A program made the translations under genes and the position numbers. DNA of 63,992 nt, the filler included, from Hyphochytrium catenoides (Eukaryota > Protista > Hyphochytriomycota), in NCBI GenBank assembly GCA_900088475.1. It is 13 parts of 13 records of this genome, joined end to end, with 100 filler letters (N's around TTAATTAATTAA, not from the genome) between each part and the next. Parts side by side here need not be neighbours in the genome. Positions count along the whole stretch, not along the records: positions 12,183 to 13,833 come from FLMG01003691.1; positions 13,934 to 15,702 come from FLMG01002102.1; positions 15,803 to 40,563 come from FLMG01002677.1; 10 more parts are not named here. The stretch is one strand, 5' to 3'. The notes beneath the pieces were generated by a model, which saw only the letters and a list, made by a program, of their open reading frames with translations, did not search any database and was not told the origin of the DNA. This document shows, piece by piece, positions 12,183 to 25,700 of the stretch (within the stretch, counting starts at the first letter, position 1; each line of letters begins with the position of its first letter).

Positions 12183-12734
12183 TCCAGCACCAACCGTGAG
12201 GCTTCTCCTGCGCCTCCTGCACTATCTGAAATCGTGGGAAGACGCAGGAAGCAAGAGAAGTTTCAGGGAAGGGAGGAGTGATATAACATTAGAGAGAGAC
12301 GACAAGGTAGGTAAATGACGGTCGAACAGGAAAGAGACGGTGCCACGGAACACTGACGGGGAGGTCACGGGATCAGGGCGAGGAGATGAAAGAGAGCAAG
12401 AAAGACGGGCAAGCGAGCAAGGGTGGTCGACAAGAGAGAAAGAGACTGAGAAAGGGGAGAGACAAGAATAAAAAGGGAGAAAGAGAGAGAAAGAAGAGAA
12501 AGAGAGAAAGAGGAAGAAGATTAAGAGAAGAGAAAAAGAGAGTGAGAAGGGAGAGAAAGAGAGAGCAGAAAGAGAGAGAACGAAGGAGTGTGGAGGAGAG
12601 AGAAAACAGCGATAAAGGTAGCAATATTCTTCATGGAGAGGACAGTGAGTGAAGAGTGGGAGCTCGAGAACATGAGAGGAGACTGGAAGGAGACGCAAGG
12701 GGAAAGATTGGAAAACATCTGCATCCAAAGAGAC

Positions 12735-12777
<43 letters not shown>

Positions 12778-13444
12778 AAAGGAGACCCTGACGTACGAGG
12801 ATTGCCTATAAGGGAGGTGCACAGCTCCGCAGCCGCCTTCTCCACGAGCTCTGAGGGATATAGCGCGGCGCCCGCATAATCCAGGTACACAGCGTCTGCA
12901 GAGAGAAGAGAGAGGATGAGAGTAAGTGAGCGATTTGTTTCCCCTCACACTGTCTCTTTGTGGCTCTCTCTACGTCCATTGACGAATTCCTTTCTCCTTC
13001 GTCTCTAGGAAACAATTGCTCTGCTTTCCAACTTCTCCTCTTCTCGTCTCACAATTCTTAGTGCTCTCTCTGTGTACATCTCATTCACATTTGTTCTCGC
13101 GTTGTTCTCCTCTTTCTCTATCGTATCTCTCTATCTCTCTTCTCTCTCTGTTCTTCTCCTTTCACACATCCACTCTCCCGCTCTCTGCTCCTGAAACACG
13201 CAACGTGTCCAACGGCCCCCCTCTCTCTCCGCTCTCCTGCAACCTCTCTCTCTCTTTCTCCCCCATTCCTCTCCTGTCTATGTCCCCCATTCCCTGTTTG
13301 CCCTCTGTCAGCGCTTCTCCTAGTACCTCCGAGGCGGGAGAAGTTCCGCTCGCGGAAGTTATCAAAGAAGCGCGCTCCTCTGCCAAGTCCGTAGTGCTCC
13401 TCCGCTCCACAGAAAGCAGCTTTCGCCTCTTCCAAGGTCTGCAT
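12183..13444 (-). CDS. MOCOS: Molybdenum cofactor sulfurase-like PLP enzyme, N-terminus (partial)
   Basis: Exons 13444-13327, 12895-12797 and 12225-12183 give ...FRERNFSRLGDAVYLDYAGAALYPSELVEKAAAELCTSLIGNPHSAGG. YLDYAG and GNPHS are MOCOS/ABA3 motifs. Start codon uncertain. Confidence 0.85.
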
Positions 13445-16047
13445 GGCACCGCCCCTCCTCTCTCCCTTGGGCAGACAGGCCAAATGAGAGTGGGACCTCT
13501 AAGCTTGCTCCCTTCCCAGCAGCCTCTTCTCCCGTTCACTTGCTGCCCAGAAGCCAGCAACGCGGCGCTGTCACGTCTTTCTCTCTCTCTTGGTCTCCCT
13601 CTTCTCTCTCTTCGTCTCTCTCTCTATTCCTACTCTGCCGAACTCTTCCTGCCTTCTGGTTCCCCCTGGGCTGAGAGGTCAAGCAAGTGCAACAGCTGAA
13701 GGACTATGTCGGCTTGGTCCTCGTCCTCGGGCCTGCCTTGAAGTTGTGACGACCTTCCTTCTTCTCCTCCCCTGTTGGTACCTCCTCATGTGACAACTCT
13801 CTCCCCTTTCGCTTCTCTCTCTCTCTCTCTCTCNNNNNNNNNNNNNNNNNNNNNNNNNNNNNNNNNNNNNNNNNNNNTTAATTAATTAANNNNNNNNNNN
13901 NNNNNNNNNNNNNNNNNNNNNNNNNNNNNNNNNAAGGATGAGCGGAGAAGTGACCTGCAGAGAGCAACGATCTTGCCCGACCGGCACGGGGTTGACTAAG
14001 CTCACGGGGTCTCATTGAGAAACTGCCATCTTACAAAGATTCTAGGAGTAACCCGCGCCGGCACACCCTCATGGCTACGGCATTGCACATGCAGATGATA
14101 AGTGGCCTTTCTTCCATCTCACTAAGCGGATGTCGAGACAAGCAATGCAGCTGTCTTCAGTGCATAGACGCCCGCACGTGCATCATAACTTGAATAGGGA
14201 TGATTAAGTGCTCAATAGCCAGGCAGAGCGCTGCTTGCGCCACAGATCTGAGAATCCACATCCTCTATTAATTCTTCCCTTTTTAGATATACAATGAAGG
14301 ATATCCCGCCTATGCGATATATCCCTGCCCTTCGCCTAGATACGTCAAGAGCCTTTCAGGTCTCCCTTGGCTCTCTCCATCTTGCCGCATGAGCTGCCGG
14401 GGCCAGATGAGGTGAGCAACCCACAGATATTCAAAGTTCGAGCATCTACCGCACAAGGCGGAGAGGAGAGTAGCCTATCGAATCTCACAAAGATCAGCTC
14501 GCAGCCGCTTTTCTTGTCCTCAGACGCCTTAACTCATCCGAAGGCCCCGCCAGCGCTCTTTCTTTGATTAGAGGCCATACATACATCCTCAGCCTCAGTG
14601 TCCTTTCCCCGTCATCGAGGAAGAGAAGCTCCAACTCTCCATCTGCCGATCTGCAGAGATTTGTCCGCACTTCACCAATAATCTTCAGTACATGAATCCT
14701 TCGTTGAAACGTATATTTGGAAAGATTAGATCCTCTTACTTCTAAGGTACGGACAGGGATTTTAAGGATATGTTTCAATGCATCAGTTGAATCTTACGGT
14801 GGGAAGTCAACAGGCTGATGGTCTGATGGATCACTTCTCGGCAGTCATCGCCGCACGTCGAGAGAGGAAGAGAGGATGAGGCGCGCCGGGCCTGAGGGCT
14901 AGAGAGAGAGAGAGAGAGAGAACGAGAGAGAGAGAGAGACAAGCGGGGAGAGGCGAAGAGGACCTGATTCAAGAAGGAGCTCGTTCCGGAAAGGAAAGCC
15001 AAGAAGGCCCGTTAAGACCAGAGCACTCGTGACACTCTACTCAGCTAGCAATATGTGGCGCTCGACAGCGGTCGCGGGACAGGTGAAAGAAGCACTTCTC
15101 CCTCTCAGCCTGCCATTGTCTCTTCACGATGCTAACGGCGATCCTGTTACCCTGTAGGTTAGAAGAATATCAACGTCTGCTGTCAGGCGGCAGGCGTCTG
15201 AGACGGCGCTAGCTGTGCCAAAGGAGACATCAAGACCGGTAAAAGGACCCTCGTCTCTCATCTCCATCCCCTACTTAGTCTCTCATTCTTCTTGGCATTG
15301 AGCTCCTTTTTCTCCTCCCCTCTTCCTCTCGGCCCGTGACCTATCTGTGTCTTTCTCTGTCCCCTCCCCTAACACTTAGCTTCCTTCGGCATCTTTCTTC
15401 CTCCTGGACGTGAGGTCTCTCTCTGTCTCTTTACCTGTTTTTCTCTCTCTCCTTCTCTGTCTCACTCTATAGTTTTTGCTCAGCTAATCAATCCACTGCT
15501 CTCATCTTTATTCCATCTACCATCTTTCTCTGTCTATCTCCCTTCTTCTCTGTGGATTTCTTATCGTTCTGTCTCCACGTATCACGACACCCATGTTTCG
15601 CTTGGTGACTCTCTCTCTTTCTTATGCCTTTGGGTCCCCGTCTCCAGCCCGTGGTAACCCCACAGCCGCCAAAGAAAGCGGGAGGAAGCTCCATCGGCCA
15701 GCNNNNNNNNNNNNNNNNNNNNNNNNNNNNNNNNNNNNNNNNNNNNTTAATTAATTAANNNNNNNNNNNNNNNNNNNNNNNNNNNNNNNNNNNNNNNNNN
15801 NNCCACGACGTTCTTATCAGCTGCGGTCAGTCAGCGAGTCTTCTCTTTTCTTTCTTCCTCGGAAGCTCCTGCTCCTCTTTCTCTCTCTCGCTGGGTTCTC
15901 CTCCTGTCCGTTTTTCTCTCCCTCTTGGATCTCTGCTTTGTTATTGCTCGTGACAGGCAGATTTCGCCATGCCGTTTCCCCTTTTTCCTAAGGTCGCAGC
16001 TTGTCTCTCTCTCTTTCTCTTTCTTTCTCTTTTATCTCCCTCTCTCT

Positions 16048-16107
<60 letters not shown>

Positions 16108-17056
16108 CTCTCTCTCTTTTTCTCTCTCTCTCTCTCTCCAGTGCTCCAACAACAGAACACTACCCCCACGGCCATCACTTTATTGTCCCTAAGTGGGAGG
16201 TAGGCCCATTACAAGCACAGGAAAAATGCCAGTCCTGACCCTTCTCAGGAGAGTAAACTTACACCAACCAATAGTGAGGAGGATCGAAACCCGTAATTAC
16301 ACTCTTAAACCGTAAGAAAAGGATTTTACGACTTCAAGATGAGACAAGAAAGATCATCAGAGATGGGACACAGAGAGAGAGAGGCAGAGAGGAATGGAGA
16401 GACATTAGAAGAGAGAGAGAGAGAGAAAGAGCGAGAGACAGAGAGAGAGAGAGAGANNNNNNNNNNNNNNNNNNNNNNNNNNNNNNNNGAGAGAGAGAGA
16501 GAGAGAGAGAGGAGGTTCCAAGTGGTTAGTGGGAAGGAAGTAGAAGCCGGCGAGTAGAAGAGAAAGAGAAGCGACCTTGAGAGTGGAAGAGAAAGGGAGT
16601 GACCTTGAGGAGGAGAGGAACAGAGAGAGAAGGAAGGAAAGAGGTTACTCTGGAGTAAAGATAGAAAGAGAGAGCAGCAGAAAAAGAGCCAGAACTGACT
16701 GTGAGCGAGGAAAGCGGGAGAGACAACGCGAAAGGACGCGCCGCCCGTGTACAGAAGACAAAGAAGAAAGAAAGTCAAGATCACGAGGGAGAGGACAGGA
16801 CCCGCATCCATCCTTTGCAGAGTCAACAGAGAGCTTAAGGACGGGAAGTAGGGGAAGACACGCGCAGGGTGGGGCGGCATAAGTGCGAACGAGAGAGGGG
16901 AGAAAGAGGACGAAGGGCTGCTCAACGCGAGCGGACGAGATAGACAAAGAGAGAGAGAGAGACACACAGAGAGAGAGAAAGGGGGGGAGAGAGAGAGAGA
17001 GAGAGTTTTAGCAGGAGACAGACTAATCGCTCTTGGAAATACCAAGCAGCATCACT

Positions 17057-17460
17057 ATGGTAGTTGCTCCCCTGCGACGACGTGGCGGAAGTAGCAGAGG
17101 CAGATGGCCAACAGAACTTCTCGCGGTGTCCACTCTCTTTCTGCTCCTCCTCTCTCTCTCGGTTGCGCGCCATGCAGCCATCGACAGCGATCAACAGGGC
17201 GGAGAAGAGACCACAGGAGAGAGATCTGCCCCTCCTCGGCACATGCCGGAGGAGCTCCGTAGTAGCTTCACCCTGAATGGCTCCATCCCTGTTGGGCAGT
17301 ACTATGTGGACGACTCAGACGGCGGCAAAGGTTGGAGCGAAAGAAAGAGGACTCTCTACTGATCTTTTGTTTTCTTCTCAGTCTCTTTCCTGCTCTGTCG
17401 CTTATTTCGCCCCCGCTCTCACTCTGGATTATCCCTACTTCTTCCTCTCTCCCGTCTCTT

Positions 17461-17496
<36 letters not shown>

Positions 17497-19547
17497 TCGC
17501 ATTTATCACGCCTTCTCTCTCTGTCCCTTCCCTTTCATCTGCTCTGCCGTCCGCAGTCTCCCCCGTCCCCGTCCCTCAGGTATTAAGGCACGTCGTCATT
17601 CATAGGCACGCACTACATCTATCCAGCGGAGGATGTCAATACGTTTCTTCAACAGGCAAAGCGCCTTAGAGGTTCTCGATCTGTGCTCTTTTCTCTTACT
17701 CTTTCTCTCTCGGACTTCTCCTTCTTTACAAGCCGTCAACCTCCAGGCTGGGCTGGATCTCTGTCTTCGGCCACTGCTTTGGGTGCTTCCTCTTCTCTGA
17801 TTGTACCTCATTCTCCTTGCAGCGCGGTTGAAGGTTGCAAAGGGGTTGGACTTCCAGGATAAGTGGCTCTTCCAGGTATTTCTTCTAGTCTCTCCTTCTT
17901 TTTCCTGGCAGATGGTCTTTGTCTCTTTCTCTCTCTCTCCTTGCTTGTTCTTCCCTTCCCCTATGGATTGCATCTTCTTTTGCTTGTATCCTATGGGAAT
18001 GTCCTTTGCCTCTCTTGGTCTACTTCTCTTCCTCTCCTGAGTGAACTCTCTCTCTCTCTCCTACATTCGCGCCATCATGCGGCTCCCTGTGTCATTAAGG
18101 CGCTAGAGAAGTTTCGTCCGAAGGGAAAGACGGTGGCTATCTTTGGCTCTATGAGGCCATGGTACTGTTTGCCTCACCTACTTTTATGCCTAGTGTCTCC
18201 TTAGCTGTGCTCTTTCTTCTTCTGTTATTGTACCCTTGGATCTTTCAAAGCGGTCTCTCTTACTGCTGGAGCGTTCGTTCCCTCAGACACTCAAGAAAAC
18301 TTGTCTTCTATTGCTGGTTTTGGGTGCTACGCTCTCCCTTCTCCTCTCGTTCATCCTCCTAACGGTCTTGCCTCTCTAGGTACGAAGCCGTGAGCTTGGC
18401 CTTCGGCGCCGCGAAGGTGGTGACCATAGAGTACAACCGGCTCACGTACGAGCACCCGGGCATGGAGACAATGACAGTAGAAGAGTTCAAGAAAAAGAGA
18501 AAAGAAATGATGAAGTTTGATGTTATTCTGTCTCTTTCCAGGTAGCCATACACGTCGTCCCATGCTTCTCCTCTCTCTTACTTCCTGGAGGCCGGTTAGC
18601 TCTGCTCTCACGCTCGGTAGACAGACTACAACTCACCCTCGCCCTTCTCTTCCTTTCTTTGTCCTCTCCAGCTTTGATCATGACGGCTTGGGACGATACG
18701 GGGATCCAATAGACCCAGAGGGAGATCTCAAGGCCATGAAAACGGTCCGACGCACTTATCTCTACCCCTTCATGCCAAAGTAATCTATCTGCGTAAGCTC
18801 TCTCTCTCATCTCTCCCCTCCAGAGCACAGACTCTCATCTCACGCACCCTCAAACGTGAACCATAGGTTTCAAAGGTCCTCGCACCAGGTGGCGTCTTTT
18901 TCCTCACGGTTCCTATAGGTCCAGGTAGAGTTTGTTTCCTCTCTCTTTCTCCCGTTCCCCATTCCATCGTCGCGGCTCACAGATGCGATGTTTGGATAAT
19001 AGACTACGTTGTTTGGAACCTCCACCGTCGATATGGTAGGTACATCTTCTCCACAGCGATAGCTCTGTGTTGCCCCTCATCTTGATGTCCTTCCAATAGA
19101 GCTCCGACTAGGTTCGCCTTGTCTCACTTAGTAGTGATAGTAAGTGACTGATGTTCTTTGCCATGGCTCCTCCTCCATCAGGACCTATCAGGTTGCCTCG
19201 GTTGCTGTCTGGATGGAAATTGGTATGTCCAAGGTCTTCCTCTCCAAAAATGGCAAGACAGACAGAGAGAGAGAGAGAGGGAGAGAGAGAGAGAGCTCTC
19301 AGAAAGCCAGCTTTTGTGTCCGCCAAGAAGAGAGAGAGACGGAGAGAGAGAGAGAGAGAGAGAGGGAGAGGAGACTGGAAGGTCTGGGCGCGTTGGAGCT
19401 GACGATTACCTTTAGATTGACCGCTTTGGTTGGGACGAGAAGCGACTGACAGCTGAGGAGTCCTATACCAAGAGTTATGAGCCAGTTCTTGTCCTCCAAA
19501 CGCTGGAAGTCGAAGCGACTGGAATCAGAGAGAGAGAGGACTTGTGA
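17057..19547 (+). CDS. DUF268-family SAM-methyltransferase-like protein with N-terminal signal/anchor and C-terminal REDL (about 10 exons)
   Basis: Spliced motifs GKTVAIFGSMRPWYEAVSLAFGAAKVVTIEYN, SSFDHDGLGRYGDPIDPEGDLKAM, LAPGGVFFLTVPIGPDYVVWNLHRRYG and IRLPRLLSGW. Last exon ends GIREREDL*. Confidence 0.88.
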
Positions 19548-19674
19548 AGGCATGACTCTTTCTATACTGACTATGGAAATTTCTCTGTTCTCCTTTTTCT
19601 TTCTTTCTAATAGTCTCTCAAGCATGCTCCTTCTGGACCTTCAAGCAGTGCCTGCTTGCTTGCGTTGTGTTCAA

Positions 19675-21835
19675 TTAGCCTTCTCTTGCATTCTTGCAGG
19701 TCGCATTTGTGGGCTTCATCTGTTGCTCGGCTGATCTTCTTTGATGGGCCTTTTGCTCTGCTTCAAAATACATCTCCATAAACTTCCCTTCTTTCTGTTT
19801 GCTTATGACAAACTCTGCTCTCTCTTTTTCCCTTTGGCTCCTCTCGTCTGCGCGTCGACGATTCCTCTCACGATCTTCCAGATACTCTTTCATCAGACGG
19901 GCAGGTTTTCCTAAGTTTGCAATACTTTTAGAATAGCAGCGCCTTGAATAGAGGAGGAAACAGTAGCTTAAGGTCACAGGTAGCTGAGAGTGAAGCTAAG
20001 GCTTCTGCCAGAGCCAAAGAATGTGACGGTCCAAGAAGAGATCGCACAATTTTTGGAACTCACCTGAACTATAGTTGCTCTTGACGAGTGATTTGAGCGG
20101 ACTCTCTCTGTCGTTCCCGGGAGGAATGGTTCCCACAATCCTCGCCACTCTTGCTTCAGTCACTTCCTGCTTATAAGTGTCTTTCAGTCTGGCGTTCATC
20201 TTGCGCTGATGTTCCTTTAGCTGGTAGTACTCTCGCTCTGCCCTATATTGCTGCAGTAAAGCCAACTTATACCGCTGGACTCTGGGCTCTTTGGCCCTCT
20301 TCCTTGCGAAGTAGCCTCGAACCACGCGCTGGATACGCCACGCACAAGAGCTGTGCAGCTCTCTTAGTCTAAGGACTTCTGACTTAACAATCGCGATGAA
20401 CTTCCTAGCTAACACCCCTCTACAGGTGCCGAGAGAAATAGATAGACGTAGAGTTAGTGCGACACTGGGCCGGAGCGTGAAAGAATGAGAGAATGGAACA
20501 AGGACTGACAAGAGAGAGAGAGCCATAACACCTACTCAAAGGCAGGCAGATGACAGCGAAAAGAGCGGAGATAGAAGATTTCTTTTCGTGCTTGGCGCTA
20601 GAGAAAAGAGGAAGAGGCTTTCGGAGTATGGAAGGGACAGAAAGAATCTTCGGATAGCGACGCCGCCCTTGGGGACTTTACCTCCAATGCGCCTGGATCC
20701 TGCTGGCTAGCTCATCGTGTCGGAGACAGACTCGCACTGCAACCTCTCTAATGTTTGCTTCTACGACATAAAGCGGCGGTTTGTTTCCTGTTCTTGCCAC
20801 TAGCAGATGATAGTCCTTGTAGAGAAGATCCAGCTCTGCCTTGGCGAAGTACCAGAAAACGTGCTTTCGGCTGGGATAATTTTCCACAGCATAAGTTACC
20901 ACTGTGGGATCAGCCATCTGCAGCAGGGAAGAGTCAGTTCTTTCCTTTTCCTTGCTTCAAATCTTCTCTCTTCCTTCCTCTTCAAACTCTCACGCGCTCG
21001 CTTTCTTCTCTCTCCTTTCGCTTCTTATCCATATCTTCTCTTGCGTTCATTCTCCCTTGAGCTGGCAACCTCACTGCAGACTACCTCTTTACCTGGATCA
21101 GCCGCAGGCAACTTAACGTGTTGGCCGTCCTACAAGCCATAAAAGACCGGAAGATCGCTTGGATCTTGGTGCTGGATCGCGATTCAAGGTCATCCTTTTC
21201 CTCCTTAGCCTTTCGGCGCGTCTGCAATAGCTTCCGCGCCAGATGGCATCGATAAGCGCACTGAATGATGATGGATGACTCTTCCTGAAGAATGATGAGC
21301 TTCCGTTTCGCGTCAACATCCTCTTCAATTTGAGAAGCGTAGCTTAGAGCGCCCAGCCGAAGATGGGAGGCTGTTCCGCAGTTGATGCATGGCGGTAGAC
21401 CCTAAGTGTAGAGTGTTAGCGCTTGGCAGATACTAGACGGAGTATAAGAGAGTGCGAAGAGCACTGGTTCTAACAGAGAAGTAAGGCATCGGGACAACTA
21501 CTCCGTGGCTGGGGACAGTCATGGTTATACGATAGACATCTCACCTCTGCTTTTAACTGAGCCTTGCCGCTGATAAGTGAAAGAGATGCAAGTAAAGCCG
21601 TGCTATTGATAAAGTTGAGGGCATTACACTTCCGACAGGTGAGATACGGCGTCAAATAGTATTCTTTGTCCTCTAGCGTGGCAGCATAAGTTGGCCCATT
21701 GACAATGCTCTTCTGCTCTGAAGGTTTGCGGAAGCGAGTTCCAAAGCCGTAAAGTTCGTCAGGCCGGGGCTTTGGCGGTTTACTTTGCCCCTTGCCCTGA
21801 TGGCGAGGAACGTTCTTCACTCCTGGCGACGTCAT
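19675..21835 (-). CDS. IQ-motif (calmodulin-binding) coiled-coil protein, multi-exon
   Basis: Exonic ORFs with ASRIQAHWR and AWRIQRVVRGYFARKR IQ motifs and an N-terminal CxxC. The exact 3' end is uncertain; an alternative frame runs to about 19610. Confidence 0.75.
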
Positions 21836-22047
21836 GTCTATGGAGCGTTAAGGCGTATGGCTTCCAAGACTGTTTCTCCTATTCAAAGCCCCAATCTTGA
21901 TGCAAGAGCCTTATCAGTCCCCTTAGCGTGCCATCTCGGTTTGGCACATCCTCTCGCCTTGGTTGCTCTGATCCGACATCCTCTTCCGACCACCACCTCT
22001 AAAGCACATACGTACCCTTCCTCCAAGACCATACTCATTCTAGTCCC

Positions 22048-22099
22048 ACGACAGCTTCATAACTTGTCGGCCCAACGACAGCTTCATAACTTGTCGGCC
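22048..22099. repeat. Tandem duplication (period 27) of a small hairpin in the divergent intergenic region
   Basis: ACGACAGCTTCATAACTTGTCGGCC at 22048-22072 and 22075-22099. Each copy has a CGACA...TGTCG stem. Confidence 0.85.
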
Positions 22100-22720
22100 G
22101 CTTGGAAAAGGCAGAGCTTCTCTCTCTCCGCGGGCTCTCGTCGACAGAGGCCAAAATAAAGACACAAGCTGAAGCTTTTCCGTCGCGCGGCAATTTCTCT
22201 CATCGCCGACAAAGGTCTGCCGTCCCGTGTCGGTTCACTTGTACAGACCTCCTCCAGGACTTTTAGCAGACTCTCGGGCCAAAAAACACCCGAGTATTCT
22301 GAAGGTTTCTGTAGGCATTAACACTAGCGATAATGTTCAGTCTTTCTCTCAAGACTCGGGTACTAATCTCGGGTTTGACTTATTTGCTGACCAGCCATTG
22401 AGAGTTTGATCACATCAAAATCCTTGATGATGGCCAAGTCTCACAATTCTCAAACATTCGCCGCCCCTGCCACTGTTTCATAGCGGTGTCCTCGTTATGC
22501 CAGCAGACATACCCAATCGTACGCCTCCCGGAGGATGGGGAGTAACTCATAAGGCGGAAATTTTGTCAGACGTGAAGCTTCACTGAATCTCTGTCGCCCC
22601 AGATAGAGCTCCGGTGCCTGCGCCTCATAGTCCCTGAGTGAACGTCATCAGCTCTGCTGCGGCCCTGTGAGCTCAAGAATCGTTGACCCTCAGTGCTGGG
22701 ATAGATACACAGAAGATAAG

Positions 22721-25700
22721 ATGCTCTCAAAGGTACTGCGATGTCGGTCACACCTGCGGCCGAAGGCTGCTGCGCTGGCGCCAAGAGCTTGGGCCTGGCC
22801 TCAGAGTGCGGCCAGGCGAGGCACAGAGCTCTCTCCTCTGCTGCGATGCATGTCCACAGACTCAACTGTGCGGCCAGAGAAAATCAGGAACCTCGCAATT
22901 GTAGCTCACGTAGACCACGGCAAGACCACTTTGGTGGACCAGCTGCTTCGCAATTCAGGCAATGTAAGACATGTCCCATGTCAATCTTTGTTGCTTCCCT
23001 GTGCCTCTGCATCTACATATTTATCTTAAGGCTGACGTCCTACACTTTCCCTCAAACGTCTTGCTGTTTTAGAAAGTGGCGGAGGACAGGGTGATGGATT
23101 CTATTGCTCTGGAGAAAGAGCGAGGCATCACCATCATGTCAAAGTGCACCAGGGTGCAATATCGTGATTATATACTGAACATCGTTGACACTCCCGGCCA
23201 TCAGGTATGACCTCTTGTTACAAAACGTCCGTATGAGAGGCAAAGAGAGATGCTGAAACCGACTAAGCAGGAAGAGGGAAAGAGGTGCGAGAGAGAGAGA
23301 GAGAGAGAAAGAGAGAGGGAGAGAACAAATGAGGGGACGACACAACCGAACGTGAGGGCTTTATAAACAAGGAAAGCGAGAGCTAAGATAGAGTTCCTCC
23401 CGCTGATCTGCAAAGGAGATCCAACGGTACTGCCTCGTTCTCATAGTCCCATGCCGGTTTCCTCTCCCTATCGCGCCATTTGCCCCTCTCAGGACTTCGG
23501 TGGTGAAGTAGAGCGAATTCTGTCTATGGTTGATGGCGTGGTCCTGGTGGTTGATGCCACCGAGGGACCAATGGCCCAAACCAAGTTCGTTCTCTCGAAA
23601 GCCCTTCAGCAGGGCCTCAAGCCGCTCGTGGTGCTAAACAAAGTCGATAGACCGTCTTCACGTCTCGATGGAAGTGTGGAGAACGAGCTGTTTGATCTCT
23701 TTGTGGCGTTAGGGGCGAATGATGAGCAACTGGACTTTCCCATAGTCTACGCCTCTGCTAAGCAGGGTTGGGCTGTGAAAGATGTTGGAGAGAAAGAGGG
23801 AGAAGGCGACCCGAGGGAGAATATGGCTCCTCTTTTGGATGAGATCATAGACAAGATTCCCCCTCCCGTCGCCCCTGTCGATGAGCCCTTCTCTATGGTT
23901 GTCACTATGATTGGCTATGACTCTTATGTGGGAAGGCTTGTAACGGGGAGAGTGCATAGCGGCATAGTAAAGCTTGGGGACACAATCCAACGGATCAGCC
24001 TGGATGGGAAGGTCGTGGAGGCAGGGAAGGTAACCAGGATAACCTGCATGAGGGGGATGACTCCCGAAGAGATATCTGAGGCTGTTGCAGGTATGTTCGG
24101 AGGAAGAAGAGCTAGCCCTTCTTCCTTTCCTCTTACTTTGACTGGCCTTTTGAGTTGAACCTATCATTTAGTACTTTCCCGAAAGCCAGCGGGAGTATGT
24201 CTAATGTCTGCTCTCTGGCCGGCCCCTTTGATGTACATCCGCTACCTTGCTTTTGCCGGCAATGATTGGCATGGCCCTTCTTCATTCCCTAAGCTATCTT
24301 TTCTAGGTTGATCAATCTTTACCTAAGGACCAAGTCCTTCTTACGCTACTTTCTCCCTCACTCCGAAGCGCTGCCTTGGTCATGTTGTTAGGCTCACGGC
24401 TGTAACGATACCGCTCTAGTTGCTAATGCTATCTGAACGTCTCTCTTTCTTCCTTCTTACTCTCGCTGCGGTTGATCAGGTGACATTGTCACGATAGCTG
24501 GTCTACCAGCATCTGTATCAGACACAATTTGCGACAGTGCTGTCACCTCTCCTCTCCCGGCTCCTCAACTGGATCCGCCCACGATCTCCATGACGTTTGG
24601 TGTCAACTCCTCCCCGATAGCCGGCAGAGAGGGCAAGTTGCTGACGTCCACAGTGATCAAAGAAAGGCTTTTTAAGGAATGCGAGAACAACGTAGCTGTC
24701 AACTTCAAGCCCTCCTCAGCGCCTGATGCGTTTGAAGTGCAGGGAAGAGGAGAGCTACAACTTGGCATTCTTATTGAGCAGATGAGACGAGAAGGTACTT
24801 AGGGGCAGGGAGACACCCTGGGCAATCTGCGTCAGTCATGCCTTATTTCACTACTGCTCTCCTCTCTGAGCAGGTCCACCTCTGCCAGCATCGTCCTTCA
24901 GCCGTAATCATTTGACACACGTCATTGCACTCGTCATATCTTTCGGTTCCAATATCTGCCTTTGTTATTCTACCTGCTAAGCACACCTCATTTGTTCCTG
25001 CTCCTCGCTTCTCTCATTTACTCCCTCTCCCGCGCTCGCTCGTGATCCCACATTGCGCATCCGTTAGGCTTCGAGCTTTCCATCTCTCCTCCCAAGGTCG
25101 TTACTCGACTAAATGCGGAAGGAAAGGTGGAGGAGCCTATAGAGGAAGTGATCGTTGATGTGGATATGGAGTACACAGGGACGGTCATTGAGCAGCTCTC
25201 TCTCAGAAAGTACGAACTCTACCTTTTTCTCGCCTGTTTGTCTTTGAAGCTACCATGCATTTTCTCCTTGGTATCTGCAATATCAAGTTTCTGCTTTGAC
25301 TAGGCAGGACAATCGCTCTGCTGCTCTTCTGGTCAAACAACTTCTCTTTCACACCTGACGGGTTCTTGGGGTGAACTTGTGCACACAGCCGCTCTTAGCC
25401 CTTGGGAAGATTTTGCCCAAGCCTTCTTCTCACTCAGCCATCTTTTTGCGCATTCTCACCCTCTCTTCTCCTCCATCTCAACGTCATTGTAACCCATTCC
25501 ATCTCTACCTAGAGGAGACCTTATAGAGTTCAAGGAGATGCAGGACAAAGCCCGGCTTATTTTCCATGTTCCAAGTCGAGGGCTGCTGGGATATCGCTCC
25601 CAAATCAAGACAGACACTAGAGGAAGCGCGATTCTAAACTCCATCTTCCACGCTTACCAGGAGGTAAAGGGAGGATCAGCAAGGGTAGAGAAAGGAAAGC

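Noticed and set aside
13934-15702. Possible gene on this small scaffold
   Set aside because: Short ORFs on both strands with no recognisable motif or consistent splice model.
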